Assembly (NCBI GenBank): GCA_036172245.1
Contig: JAYWIR010000002.1
Coordinates: 992,001 to 1,056,000, forward strand
Length of the DNA: 64,000 nucleotides
From: Raillietiella orientalis
Lineage: Eukaryota
Direction: 5' to 3'
Part shown: piece after piece, positions 50,901-63,500 of the stretch
Layout of the letters: each line of letters begins with the position of its first letter
How positions within the stretch are numbered: position 1 is the stretch's first letter
Notes under the pieces: model-generated
Seen by the model: the letters and a program-made list of their open reading frames with translations, nothing else
What the model was told of the DNA's origin: nothing
The model's database searches: none
Program-made: the position numbers and the translations under genes

Positions 50901-52700
50901 GGTCACTTTAATTCCAAGGAGGAATGCGTTTGTCCTGTGCAAGAGGTGGTTTCCTCCTCTAGGCGAGGTGCTCGATGTCCGCGCAACGGGACTGCAGAGG
51001 AGCTGCTGCTACTGCTGCAACAGAGAGGAGAGAAGGAGAGGAAGGACCTGATCGCACGCCCTCTTTACTCCGAATCGCAAACCAACAATTAGCTGTATCC
51101 GGCGCGACGGGGAGAGAATCTCTTCTTTCTCTTCAGCGATCAGTCATCTCAGCATCTCAACCTGTCAACTGGCGAAGCGAAGGACAGTTCCAGGGGTCCT
51201 GGGATGATCCCTTTCCTAGAAGAAAGTGCGAAAAAACAGGCGCGAACACGACTTCACCCTCCTCCTCCTCCCTACCCTCTTCTCACCTCACCCTTTTCCA
51301 CCCCTCCTCCCCTTCGCGACCTGGTGGCTCCTTCAAGATCACTGTGATTGCTGGAGGCGGGATTGCGGAAGCGCGGAGTGGAGGAATGTCTTTCCTCCCC
51401 CTTCCGGCGCCGGAACGAAGATTGCATCGCCGTCCTTCCAGGAAGAATCACTTCCGTTACCAGGGAAGGCGTGAAGAACTCGCTCTGAACCTCCGCTCCT
51501 CCAGTTCCCCAGCACCACGTTCCCGAGCCATCCGCGCTATCCCTCGTCACTTGGCGACGCGCGCTTCCCTTCTCTGCCTAGTCGCCTCGGCAGGTAAAGG
51601 GAATGCACAGGAAGATCGGCTTGCGCGGCTGCTCACAGCCTGTCGTCCCTGGAATCCGGAAAAGCCGAAGGGATGATGGCTCCTGGTGGAGGTCCGGGAC
51701 AGTCGCTGTTGATCCTCGTTCCGTTCGGGGCTGCGGCTTAAAGGCGAGAGTTTTCCAGGTGGCCTCTCCAAGACTAGTCGCCGCTGAGGTCTGCGGATAT
51801 ACCGGAGTAGCCTTTGAAAACATCTCCCTCTTTTGGACTGATGCCACCTTAGAGATAAACATGCAGTGCTTCACCCTTCGCCATGGTTTGCTTCTCTGAA
51901 CAAGAAAGCAGGAAAAGTCCCTGCCGATGATTAGTGCTCTTGGGCGGATCGGAATCCCCTTCTTCTGGGAGTTCCACGGCTGCTCCAAGAGTGTGAACGT
52001 AAGGCTGCAGGACAATCTGGGGTTTTGCAGTCCTTTCCAGAAGCACACCGCCGTCCTGAGAGGGTATCACTCTACCGGAGGTAGAGCGAAAGCTTCCTCG
52101 TGCTCGGTAGGTGCTGTAGTGGTCAGGGCTGAGACTCTGCACTTCTAGGGAGGAGACCATCACCCCAGGAGGACCGCGGGTTTTCCTCCTGCGCTCCCTG
52201 CACCAGCGCTGTTCGCTCCCGTCCCTGGAGTCCCTTCGGCCTAGAAGAAGGATTACAACGAGATCTCCTTGGCGAGCGTCATTGACTCCGATGGCAAGAG
52301 ATGGGAGAAGGGTGGTCTCCTGACACTCCGAGAAATGACGGACACCTGCGCTGAAGCCTTCACCTCCCCTTCCCCAAAAACCGATGAAATAGGGGGAAGG
52401 GGGAGATTCGAAAGCGTTTCTCTGGGCAATGGTCTTCTTACATCTTTCAGCACGCGTATCCTCAGCACCAGATCCTCAACCGCATCCACGAGGTTAAGAG
52501 AGAGCACTGCTTTCTTCAGCACTCGCCTTCCTCTTCTCCGCTTCCTGAAACGTCTTTGGGAGGAACCTTAGAGAGAGAGACCTTCCTCAAGGGTATGGAA
52601 GAAATTGTGATTATCTGATGCCCTGAAACCTAGGAAGGGAAAGGCTGCTGCGGGGACGTTCCTCGCATTCACCGCGGAGGAAGGGGAAACTCCAGCTCAG
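48000..52700 (-). mobile_element. Degenerate LINE ORF2 relic (EN, RT, GGLG)
   Basis: DLVL at ~52470; GGVLL at ~52050; YVHTL at ~52000 (NVYAP); LIIGRDFSCFL at ~51935-51905 (LIIGGDFNCVL); LLPSGF at ~50250; IFEKAIP at ~50160 (DFEKAFD); RFGKPWIRSMELY..VTNG..EGIGR at 50015-49930; FTAASGSTQSVDQS at ~49495-49455; RY*G at ~49410 (RYLG); LCTLPLDNGL at ~48830 (CxPKxxGGLG). Confidence 0.8.
48432..48650. repeat. Inverted repeat, right arm (pairs with 47518-47733; spacer ~700 bp)
   Basis: Reverse complement aligns with 47518-47733 as described for the left arm. Confidence 0.95.
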
Positions 52701-53499
52701 AACGCGTGTGTGTAGCGTGTCCTCCCACAAAATGGGTTTTCTCTACCCGAAGAAGGGCCGGAGGCCCGTGGGTAGCGGTTCGCAATAGCAGCCTTTCTCG
52801 TTTCTCTCGGTCCCTTCCCACCCGACCCGTACACAGGAACAGTCGTCTACCCCGTGCAGCGCCATCTCGCATGATCTGGAGCGAGGAGTCATTTTTTCCT
52901 CCTCCCGAAAGAGGTGGAAATTCCCCTCGTCAGGAAGTCTCCGGAAAGGGAAGGAGTATGGGAGGGACTGGAGCAAGTGGGAGAAAGAAGTCTCGTGTTG
53001 GAAGATTGCTCCCGGCAGATGCGCGACCGATCCCTGCTCCATGTGCCTTGCATCCTGGCCATCTTGCTTCTTTGAGGACCTGGAGAACCGAGATCCCCTT
53101 TGAGCGATGACGCTCATGAATCCAAAGGGCTTGCTCGACGCTGCCGAGCGGGGTGGGCGGCGGGGGTGGCGAGAGGAGAGGGAAGGAGAGAAGGGGAAGG
53201 CGCAGAGTCTCGTGACGAATTCATCCTCGGGTCATCGATCACGCCTTCGCCGACATTCCGATCGGCTCCGGAAGAGGGGAGGAGGAGGGGGCATGAAAAA
53301 AAAATAAAAAAGAAGGGAAGGGGCTGCCACGAAAGGCACCCTTCGATCCCCTCTAAACCTTCCTCCTTTTTTCCTGGGTTCGTCTCAGTGAACAAAAAGC
53401 TGGAACAAAGCTGCTACCTCCCCAAAGAAAGGACGATGCCAAAGGGAAAGAGAACGGAGGAACGCCTCGGGGAGGCCAGTCTTCCTGATGGGACAAGGA

Positions 53500-56400
53500 A
53501 GTCGGGAGGATGAGGATGAAAATGAGAGATTACCGGAAGAGGTCCTCGTTTTCATCCTTTTCCTTCTGTTCTTCTCTCCCTATGTCCCGAAGCATGTGCT
53601 ATCTTTCTTCCCAGCCTTCGTTCTTCTCTTGTTCCCTTCTTTCTTACCGAGGTTTCGGGAAGAGCTCGCGCAATCGTCTAGCGCTGCGGAGAGGAAGACA
53701 GACTCGGGGGACTTTCTGCTTCCCCTAGGTGCCCCGGTCCAAAAGGTCACTCATCCGCAATTCCCTCCAAGAGCAACTTCAAGAAGGAAACAGAAAGATC
53801 TCGAAAGATTCTAGAGATCTCGGAGGTGTGTTTGGCTCCGCAGTTTACGATGAAGTGTAGAAAGGGGTCGAACCCTCCCGGAGTGAGTGGGTTTATCCAA
53901 CTCCATCCTGCGGAGACGATCCCATCGCAGCCCATGTCGTGAGGGAACGGATGGTCATAAAAAGCGAAGTTCCTTTGTTCCCCTGGGGAGGAACGACCAC
54001 GCGACCTCAAGCGACCCCCTTCGTTCCCTCTGGACAAACCGCCAGGCAGAAGAATAAGGGCATGGAATGAGGGAAGAGATGGAGTAAGAGCGTCGAGACC
54101 CCCATCTTCTTCCCCACTCCTCATCACGGATGGAGAGCTCAGATGGTTCCCTTTCCCTATCCCTTGGGAGAAAGGAAGGAGGAGGAGAACACGTGCTCTG
54201 ACTGCAGGACACGCGAGCAGACGCGTGTACGGGCTAGACCGGCACGTGTCCGCGTCTGGAACGTTTCGATGCGCTCATGCACAAGAAGGAACTTCTGAGG
54301 TCGCTTTGCGCTTCATCGCAGGCAGGGACGGTCAGGCACAACGGGTCTGTTCCTCCTCCTCCTCCTTATCCTGCTTCCATTCCTTTTTTGCCGCCCACCT
54401 CCCAGATTTGAGCCTCCCATCTCTTTCTGGTACATGCAGAGAGCAGCAGCGCCCTCAAGTGCGCTCATCCCTACGTTCCACTGACACGCCAGACTGGTGC
54501 CAAAGAGAAGTCAACTCACCTGCGCACATAATGTCCTTCCTTTCCGCAGCGCCGGCGACCGGCGGCTGTGGTCAGCATTAGCAGGTGCCTGCCTCCCCTC
54601 CAAAGCTCCTGCATAAAGGTCAGGGATTCCTCTGTGTCATCAGTGATGAAGGCCCCCGTCCCGACCGGAAGGTCTCGTCTGCAGGCGGTCAGGGAGGCTC
54701 CCGAGGAAGGGAACCTACTCGGTAGCTCTGTTGCTTCCGCCACCGCATTCCTGGAACGGCAGCACAGAGGGAGCGCATGAGACACAGAAGGAAGGCATGA
54801 GCAGGTCGGCATGAGCTTGGACCCCATTCTCCTCTCGAGAAAGCGGAAACGGGAAAAATGGGAAGGTCGAGCTGGAAAGTCGGCCGATCCAGCTGGGACG
54901 GCTGACTGGACTTCGGCAAGATCCCGTGAAACCTCCCCGTCACCCCATCCGAACCCGTCTGCTTCTCTCTCGCTTTCTCTCTTTTTTCCTTAGTCAGGAA
55001 GGTGTGACTCGAGATCCTGATCTTGGGCGCTGGAGGGAACTGGTGTCACCGGGGGAGGAGTCAGCCTCCCTAAACGGGGAGCGCAGCGGAATTCTTGGGC
55101 GGCGAAGCAGGAACCAGAAGCAGATCGTGAGGGAGCGCAAGGAAGGGGGAACGGTGGACTAGAGATTTTCCTAAGGATTGGAAGGAAAAGGCAAAATAGA
55201 ATAGGAAAAGGATGGCTCTGTTGCCATTAGTGGTGTGGAGACATCTTCTTTCTTCTTTTCTTCTCCTCCTCTTCGTCCGGCAGCTCTCTTGCTGGTACTC
55301 TGACTGCTACTGTCTCTGCTGAAGCCGCTGCTGATGTTGATGCATTCCAGACGATCTCTCTCTTATCCTCCTTGGCCTGCGCCTTTTGCGCCTCCGTCTT
55401 TTCTCCCTTTTTCCTTCCCCTCTGCCACAGCCCTACTTCTGCCGACCGAACCCGGCCTCTTCGGTGAAGGTGAGAAGGAAGCGCTCTCCCCGAGTGCACT
55501 GAATACTTCAAGTACGGACACGCTCGTAACCTTGGATATCGTCTGGACGCGAGCAGGAGCGGAGTTTGCCCGGAGCTCACGGGATGCGGCACTCAGGGAT
55601 CAGTTACTTCTCCCGGCGATGACGAAAACCAGGGAGCCCGTAAAACCGGTAAAGGGAAATGAACGAGAGGCGAGGGGGAGTAAGCGATGCCGCACTACAC
55701 TCCCAAGGGCGGGAGCCGCCCTTCGGGAGACGTGCTGTGTACGTTCCTACGGCTACGCGTTGTCCGGTCGCCGGATGACCTCTCCCTTCCTTCATCAGAG
55801 CTCCCCCTCCCTCCCGCGCACCTTGAAAGCCGCAAAACTCCCCAAGAGGTGAGGTCTGAGATGAGGAAAACTGGGAGGGACGACGTCAGGGTTCAAATGG
55901 ACCATCCTTCGAATCCCCACTCATTCCAGAAGTCCCTCCCAGCCCTTCTACTCGTCTCCATTACCTCTGTTCTTCCCGACATTCCTTCCCTTTCCCACTA
56001 CGTCCGTCCACCCGATGCTTCCCGGAGCACCCTCCGCTCCGACGAGCCGGGGGAGCGACTACACTTCTACCACACCCCCTTTCCTCGTACGCCCGTGCTT
56101 TCCTCCTCCTTCCCCCCTTCCCTGTCTCCCCTCTGCTCATACCCCGACTTGCAATCCGACTCACACCCGTGGATGCGGCTCCCCGGGACCGCTTCGGCGG
56201 CCGATGACCCTCACCAGGACGTTTCTCCCCGGATCCTCGGTCCGCGTCCTCCCGAGCCGCATACCCTCTCGGCAACGTGCGATGCTCGCGTTGCTCCTCG
56301 GGGACGGAGGGAAGTGAAAGATGACGAGCGGTGGTCTTTCCCCTCTGTCCCCATCGACGGCGACCCGCTGGTCGCTTTCGGATAGAAGGAGCTGGTCGGA

Positions 56401-56900
56401 CTTCCCTCGGGCATGCCTGCACCCCGAGTGAGGTGAGACCGCCTGTCTCTCGAGGAGGATCCAGGACTTTGGAGCGAACATAGGGCCAGCGCTCCTCCGT
56501 CCTTCCTCTGAGAGGTGACCCTGGTCCATACGCTTGCGAAAGGTTGCGCGCGGGGTGTTGAGGAAGTGGCCTCGGAGTGACTGCCTTCTTCTCGGGGTGA
56601 GCCAGTATGCTTGCCTACCCCCGGAAGTAAAATCCCTTCGTGCGAATGCCGGTGAGTCTTCCAGCGGATGAGAGGGACTTGGGGAGGTCTCCACCGTTGC
56701 CCACTGCCGGAAGATAGCGTCGAAGAGGGCCATCTTCCCTTCTCTTCTCCCCATGGCCAGCGCGGCGGCGGGCGCGGTTTCGTTCGCGGAGGGATGGGAA
56801 AGCTCCACAGGGGGAAGTGCAACGGGCACCAACGGTAGGGTGAGGAGCTTCAGGCTGCTTCCATGAATGCAGTGGCGGTGGATGTGCTGCGCCGCTGCAT
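53500..56900 (-). mobile_element. Degenerate 5'-truncated LINE RT relic
   Basis: EEQR...GEKRPGEGHRP at 56300-56200 (KAPGxDGxP); PVSSGQT at ~55580 (ISxxQxGF); EAQKAQ...IVW at ~55395-55345 (DxEKAYD.V.W); AFITDDT at ~54652-54632 (FADDT); possible GGL at ~54045. Confidence 0.65.
55928..56398. repeat. Inverted repeat, left arm ~470 bp (pairs with 59748-60218)
   Basis: Reverse complement aligns colinearly with 59748-60218 at roughly 80-85% identity by eye. Shared translations include VLVRVIGRRSG.GEPHPRV and ARRSGGCSGKHRVDGRS. Confidence 0.95.
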
Positions 56901-57599
56901 CTGCAGGCGAGCGGGGAGATGCGAGCGGCAGATACGGCCCGGCGCTTCCTCCCCGCCGCATTCCTGCGCTGACGCGCCGGGAGGGTGAAAAATGACGATG
57001 CATCGCTCGTAATTGGGAGAGACGGGAGCGTCGTGCGCAGGCGCGGGTGGGCGCAGGGGAACTGTCGCCGCTCGGGGAGGAGGAAGGGGGCGAAGGGAGT
57101 CTCCTGGAAGACACCTTCCCTCCTCTTCTCTTCCTCCTGCGAGTGCGCACGAGCGCCACCGCTGCTATTCCGGATCGGTTGAGCGGTAAGAAAGAGAGGA
57201 CTCTATGGAAGCCTCCGATAAGGGTGACGCTGTCCTTCAATAAGGTGGGTTGAGGGTAGAAGGGAGAGGGGAAGAAGAAGAACAAACAAGAGCATGGATG
57301 AAATGGTGGAGAGGACTTTCTAGGATGTGCGCCTGCGACGGATCTTCTAAGTCGGGGCAGCTGGCTCCCTGTTGTCCACATCGGACCCTCATCCCTCCTG
57401 CTTCTGTCCCTCCACAAAAAAGGCGAGAGGGGAAGTGAAAACTGCACGGGAGGTGAAAGCGGGATTGAGGCTGCCTCCCATCTCCTCGAATGCTGCGTGC
57501 TCTTCTGTTGCTTCTGGTTCTGATCTCTCTCCCTCTTCCCTCTCGTGGTACCGGTGGTGGGGAGACCATGGTATGTGCAAAAAATAGGGAAGGGGAGGG

Positions 57600-60500
57600 G
57601 AGGGGAAGGCGGGGATTACCTTCCCCTCCCCCCTTTCTGCCACTGGGCGTTTTCCTCTGGTCCTATGCCCGGCTCCTCAAAGGGTTTCTCGACTGACGAA
57701 AGGCCGCCTCCTAGCGTGGGCATCCACCCCTGCCCCCACCTCATCCGGCTCACCGCAGATCGGCGCTGACGACTCCTCCCGGTGGAGGAGCTCAGGAGAC
57801 TGAGGTGATTCTGGTCTTCCTCCACCGCCGACACGGTGGATTCAGAGGCCTCCAGACCCATTCGGCTGTTTAGCTCTCGCCTCTCTTCTCCATGGAAATG
57901 GCGAACTCGGATCGGCAGGAGGTTTCCGCCCCAACTCTGCGGTAACCAGTCTCCCTTCCGCTCCCCCTTGGAGCACCCGCGGAGTGAGGGCGGAACCTGC
58001 TCTCACAGTAGGAGAACAGGGGTAAGAATCATCCCTCCCCACCTCCCTTCATTCTAATTTCCCCACCGCACCACTCTTGAGATCACCCACAGTCGTAGGC
58101 CTCTCGGTTCCGCCACCGAAGGGGCTCCGTCGAGAGCCCTCCACGAGAGTCCGTCCGCCCACCCGCCCGTAAACACGTAGGAGGGGAGGGGGAGAAGGAG
58201 GGAGCTGAAAGGGGGGAAGAGCATCCTCGGATCGCTCGTGAACGATCCCCTTGCGACCCAAGGCATCGATTAGAGGCCACTTATCTGGTCCGAGCGGCCT
58301 CTGGTCAAGAAGGAAGGAGGGTGGAAGTAGTATGAACGGTGGGAGGAAGAAAGAGGGGAGGAACAAGAAGCGTTCCATAAAGTCCTTTGTCACTCCGGGA
58401 CGACTCCTTGGATCAGCTTCTCTCCGAGTTATTCCGAGTTATTAGCGGCTGCGTCTAAGAGAAGTCACGCGAAAGAAGTGAGTGATACAAGATGGAAAAG
58501 GGAGCAAGGTAGGAGGTAGGCAGGAATGGAGTAGGAAGGGGAAAAAGGCGAATTATTCCGCAAGTTCCGTTGCGAAGAGCAGTGGACGACAGCTGCAGGT
58601 CCTGGGGAAGCAGAAGGACTGGAGCCAGTGCCCGCTACCTGCCGATAGCGCAACCACTTCCTGTCATTCCTGCTCCACTGCCTCCTTCGTCCTCTTCCCT
58701 CTCTGCTTCTCTCGTTCTTTCTCCTCCCCTGCCTTCTCTTCCCTTCCGGGATGCCGGACTGAAGGAAAAAGCGGAAGAATGCTGACTCTACGTAAGCACC
58801 ATTTGAGGGAACATTACGTCACAGGGTTATGGTGCCTCCAGCATATCTATCAAGAGGAGCCACGCCATATGCCTACTCGACTGAGGAAGGGTCCCGGGAG
58901 GGACAACAGGCATGTTCTGCCGCCAAGCAGAGTCCTGCTCCCTTCGCCGCACTCGAGGGATGCAGACTCTGCAGGGAGCATTCCCCATTATTCGCGACAC
59001 CTCGGAGAGTGAGGAAGCTGATCTCTGAGGGTCGGGGCAGGCTTCTGTCTATTGAATCTCCCACACATTGCCTCAGGACAACAAAAGTCAGCCTCCAAGG
59101 AAGGCTCCTCGAAAGGGAACTAGACGAGAAAAAAAACAGGATGGGGTGAGGGACAGGGAAGAGATCCGTATAGGAAGCTATTCTGGAGAGTGTCATTGCA
59201 ATGCTCCGGAGTAGGGGAGAAGTGAGTCTGGCAGAAGGAGGGTCATTTTAAGGATTGCTCGCCATGCCTAGGGTAACCCTCCGAGTAGACCTCTGAAGAG
59301 GAACAGAAAATGGAGTTAGATAGGAAAAAGATCTTTGAGCATCTTCAACTCTCCTGGGGACCCCCTAACTAGAACTCTAAAGGTACGGACAGCTCTTCTT
59401 TTCCTTTTTCTTCCTTTTTCCCTCTCTCTTCCCGTGTCACCCTAAGGAGACAGCGGATAGAATGGCCGCAGGAACTTCCTGCTCCTGTACCCAAAGAGAG
59501 TAACGTTATCAGCAGCATGGACTACCCACCTGCCCGTCCGGGAAAAACTAGTTCTTCATGTGAAGAAGAGGAGGGTAATCTCTTACCTTTCAGGAGCGGA
59601 CAAATGCACAGTCAAGGGACGGAACAGGAGGACATCGAAATCGATGTAGGCATTCCCTAAAGCAGACGCCAAACAGGGAAGTCAGCAGACATGCTCTCCC
59701 AGTGCTTAACAGCCTTCACGTTTGCATCTCAGGGAAGCCTGACTGGGCGATCAGCTCCTCCTATCCAAAAGCAGCCAGCAGATAGTCGTCGATGGAGGCA
59801 GAGGGGAAAGTCTGCCGCTCGTCATCTTCCACTTCCCTACATCTCCGAGGAGCAGCGCGCGCATCGCACGCTGCCGAGAGGGCATGCGCCTCGGGAGGAC
59901 GCGGACCGAGGATCCGGGGTAGAAGCGTCCTGGTGAGAGTCATCGGCCGCCGAAGTGGGTCTGGGGAGCCGCATCCACGGGTGCGAGTCAGGGTGGGAGC
60001 AGTGGGGGAGCAGAGGAAAGACGGGGAAGGGGAGAGGAGGAGGAAAGCACGGGCGCACAAGGAAAGAGGGTGTGGTAGGAGTGCTGTCGCTTCCTCCGCT
60101 CGTCGGAGCGGAGGGTGTTCCGGGAAGCATCGGGTGGACGGACGTAGTGCGAACGGGAAGCGATGTCGGGACGACCGGGAGGGAATGAAGACGAGTGGAA
60201 GGGCAGGGAAGGGCTTCTAAAGAGTTAGAGGGATGTCTGCGAAAAACGATTTCTCGTCTTCCGCTAGACGACCTGTGGCTCTGTTGTCGTGAGATAGGAT
60301 GGCAGCGCGCTGCCAGCATCTTCGGGGTAGTGGTTTTCGGAGGTGGCAAAGATGCTCAGCTGAGGGCGGGCGCTTCGGGGAACGCGAGGGAGGTGCTAAT
60401 CTCCGTATTTCCGTGATTCCTTATCTAAAACTTTTGGAAGCTTCCAAGGGTAATGGGAAGGTCTCCAAAGAACGATTGACGCCTCATACTGCTGCAGAAA

Positions 60501-63500
60501 GAGGAGAAAGAAGGGCGAAAGATCCCGGCCATCTTCGGTGCAGCCTCCGGAGTTCATGCGTTCAGAAGAGAAGTGTAGGATTGAGAAAGAGCCAAGAGTC
60601 CCCGAGTCTGGGGTTTCCGGATATTAAAGAGAAGGAGAGAAAGTCCAGAAGGGATGAGACTCTGCCACTGACAGCTCATCTCCTCTGAGACGAGGCCGAG
60701 AACGAAGCGGTTTCTCGTTCGACACCCGCACATTCCAGAGGCAAAGCTCCCCCTCTCGACTGACGCGTAAAGAAGACGCATTTCCAGGGTGAACAAACAA
60801 AACTTTGGAGTCCTCCGATGCTTTCTAAGCCTCAGCTCCCTTCCGTTTCAGCCGCAGCTTCCAGCAGCCTGCTGCGTCCGCTTTCCTTGCAACCTGGGAA
60901 TCTGATAGGAGTCTCGGTGGCACTCCCGTTCCGTGACCGCTCTCCAGAAAGAGGAGGATGGACCGGAGCATCCACGCACCCGTGCCAGAGGTTTCCTCTC
61001 CCTAGAGGCATCTCTTCGACGCCTTCTTCCTATTTTCTCCGGATAACGGCCCGTCCTTCTCCCTGGCGCGTCTCCAAGAAAACTCCAGGAGGGACACCGG
61101 CGGGAGAGCAAGGAGATGGATGTCGGCGCCGGCGGGTAGCAGAGAGGAGGAAAGTTTGCAGAATGCCGAGTGCGACGGAAGGAGGTGCCCGGGTGCAGAT
61201 CCAAGTTTGGAAGAAGAGCCGTGCCCTCACCTCCTTTTTGTTGCTTCCTGTCACGTGTGGAGTTTTCTAGGATCCAGGATTCGCGTGGTCGCTCGCGACT
61301 GCCTACCCTGAAGAGGTGGAGCACCCTTAAGACATCTAAGACATCTGGGAGGAGGAGAAGAACACGACCTCACCTGCCTTCCTCACATGCCCCCCTACTA
61401 GGTGCACGTACCTCTTTTCTTTGACCGCGTGGGAGGAGGAAGAAAATTGCCTTCCCTAGCAGCAAGAGCAGGGCGAGATGCGCTTCCGATAGAGAAAGGA
61501 GCTTCTGCAGCCTCCTTTGCCCCCAGACCTGAAGATTTCGTCATCGGCATGATAATCACTCTCTCCCTCCCATAGCAGCGTCGTCCTGGGAGCCACGAGG
61601 TGTTCGATTAGTCGGTCGAATTTTAACGACTCCTCTGACGACTTTTGCAGACTCTCCAAAGCGCAGCCTCATCTCCTGAGAGATGGGTCATCCGTTCGAA
61701 GTGGACGAAGAAGGAAGGGAATTGGTGACTCCGGCTTGATCTTGGGTCCAAGCGAAAAGATCTCGAGGCAGGGAGAGGCGCAGAGAGGACTGAATCCCAC
61801 GAGAGCTACTTCGTGGGCGCCTCATCTGCAGAGCGAAAAGGGGAAGCGGGAGATGCCGATCAGAGAGAGCTGCCGATCCCGAACATGGTCGGCCTCTGAG
61901 GAGACGTCCCTCAGGGGGCACTCGAAACCCCTAGGGAGCAGCAGAAGGAGTGGAGCGGCAAGCCGTTGCTGTCTAGGTGGAGAATGACCGGATGGATCCG
62001 CAACCGGCTTTGTAGAGCAGGCAGTGACGGGAAAGAAGGAGGATGGGAGGGCGAGGATGGAGGGAACACTATCAGGAGACTACGCAGTCCATCGAGAGCT
62101 TTTCAGGGAACAGGAAGGGAAATGGTGCTTATGAATGCAAGCCGTCATCGCTTCCCAGGATCTGTGCTCGTGCTCCTGCCCTCCGCCACCCAGAGACCTC
62201 CCTGCGCGTCTCGTGGCCATGCCAAGGACCTCAGAAGCAAAGACACGAAGAAGGCCAATAAGGAAGTTAGCCGCTGCGGGGAGGTAGCCAGCCTTCTGTA
62301 GGTGAATACGGGAGGACGGAGGACTGCTCCTGACCCCACAACGAGACTGATAGTCTGAGCCGATTGTGAATGACCGCCGAAGAGTCGGTCCGGACGCTTG
62401 AGCGCGCGCGAGCACTCATCTCTCTCTCCAGTCGTAAGTGCGCACCTTTGTGTCTAGCCTTTCTCTTTTCCTTCCTTCCACCTTGGATCGAAGTGCACTA
62501 TCGCTGTTTGGAACTCAGCTCGTCCCAAGTCTTCTCCATGAGGATGGGGGGAAAGGACGAAAGATGAATGGCTCGAACGGGCCTTCCTTTCGCCTCAGAG
62601 CGGCTTAAACTAAGGACACACAGCTTTCTCTCTCGCTTTGTAGGCGGGGGTAACCAGGAGGATCCCGTGGGATACGAGACAAACTCCTTTTCCTCTTTCA
62701 CAACGTCCCGTGAAGATGGCCTTGGGATTCGGGCTTTGGAGACAGGCCCAGGTCGCTGCAGCCACTTGGCGAAGCGCTTCGGGAGCGTCGGAATGCTAGA
62801 TGAGAAGGCAGTTGGTTCGAGAAGTTTGGTCCAGAGCCAAGAGGGAGGAAAGAGGCACGGGCGAAGAGGTGCAGCGAAGAAGCATCGGGTCGCGCGCTGT
62901 TTGCGGCAGCACCTCGAGATGAAATGTCTCAAGGAAGATGCCAGAGAAGTAGGGGAATGGTGTAAGCTATTCAATGATCCCTGTTTTTCTCCATAACGAG
63001 TTCCGAGGACCCGAGGCCACTTGGAAGGCAGAAGACCCTCAACGAATCGAGTGAATCGGCACTAGAAAGAAGGGAGGGTCGTGGGAAGAAAAAATCATGG
63101 CGCTCATCGAGGGAACTCCCACTCGTTCAGAACCGCTGGTCGCATCCCCAATTGAGATGTGCTGCGTCTTGCAGCACCGGTGTATCTACGACGGTAAGTC
63201 AGACGGTTCCGGTTTCCTACGCTTGGAGGAGGTAGAATCCGAAGCTGACTTTTTCAGGCAGCTCCAGGAATCAGTCCTCCACCTCCTTTTGCAACTCAAA
63301 AATCAGAGAATACGAGGCATAGGCGATTAGTTGAAGCGAATTGCGTTGCGCGGGTGGGAACCAAGATGAGAGGAGGGAGGGAAAGGGATCTGGAAGTCCT
63401 CTTCAACAGGGAACAGTGACTGGAGGAAGTCTCACAGAAGCAGCTTGGAGTGCAGCCAACGGACTGGAGGGTCAGCTGGAAATTTTTGGATGCTTCCTTA

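Noticed and set aside
51534..51546. 12-nt match (gcgctatccctc) to the miR390 complement
   Set aside because: The match covers only the miRNA 3' part and lacks seed pairing and a hairpin; consistent with chance.
53850..53930. tRNA-like T-arm (gagggttcgacccct on the minus strand); also ggttcgagtc at ~14078
   Set aside because: No acceptor stem, D-arm or anticodon arm can be built.
56161..57447. Longest ORF (428 aa), plus other long GC-rich ORFs such as 9372-10280, 8462-9328 and 46427-47205
   Set aside because: Low-complexity Arg/Pro/Ser/Gly content, several frames open simultaneously, and no domain signature. This is expected from stop-codon scarcity in GC-rich DNA.
55928..60218. Inverted arms read as the terminal repeats of a DIRS element or DNA transposon
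   Set aside because: The arms are internal LINE ORF2 sequence. No tyrosine recombinase or transposase relic and no TSD was seen.
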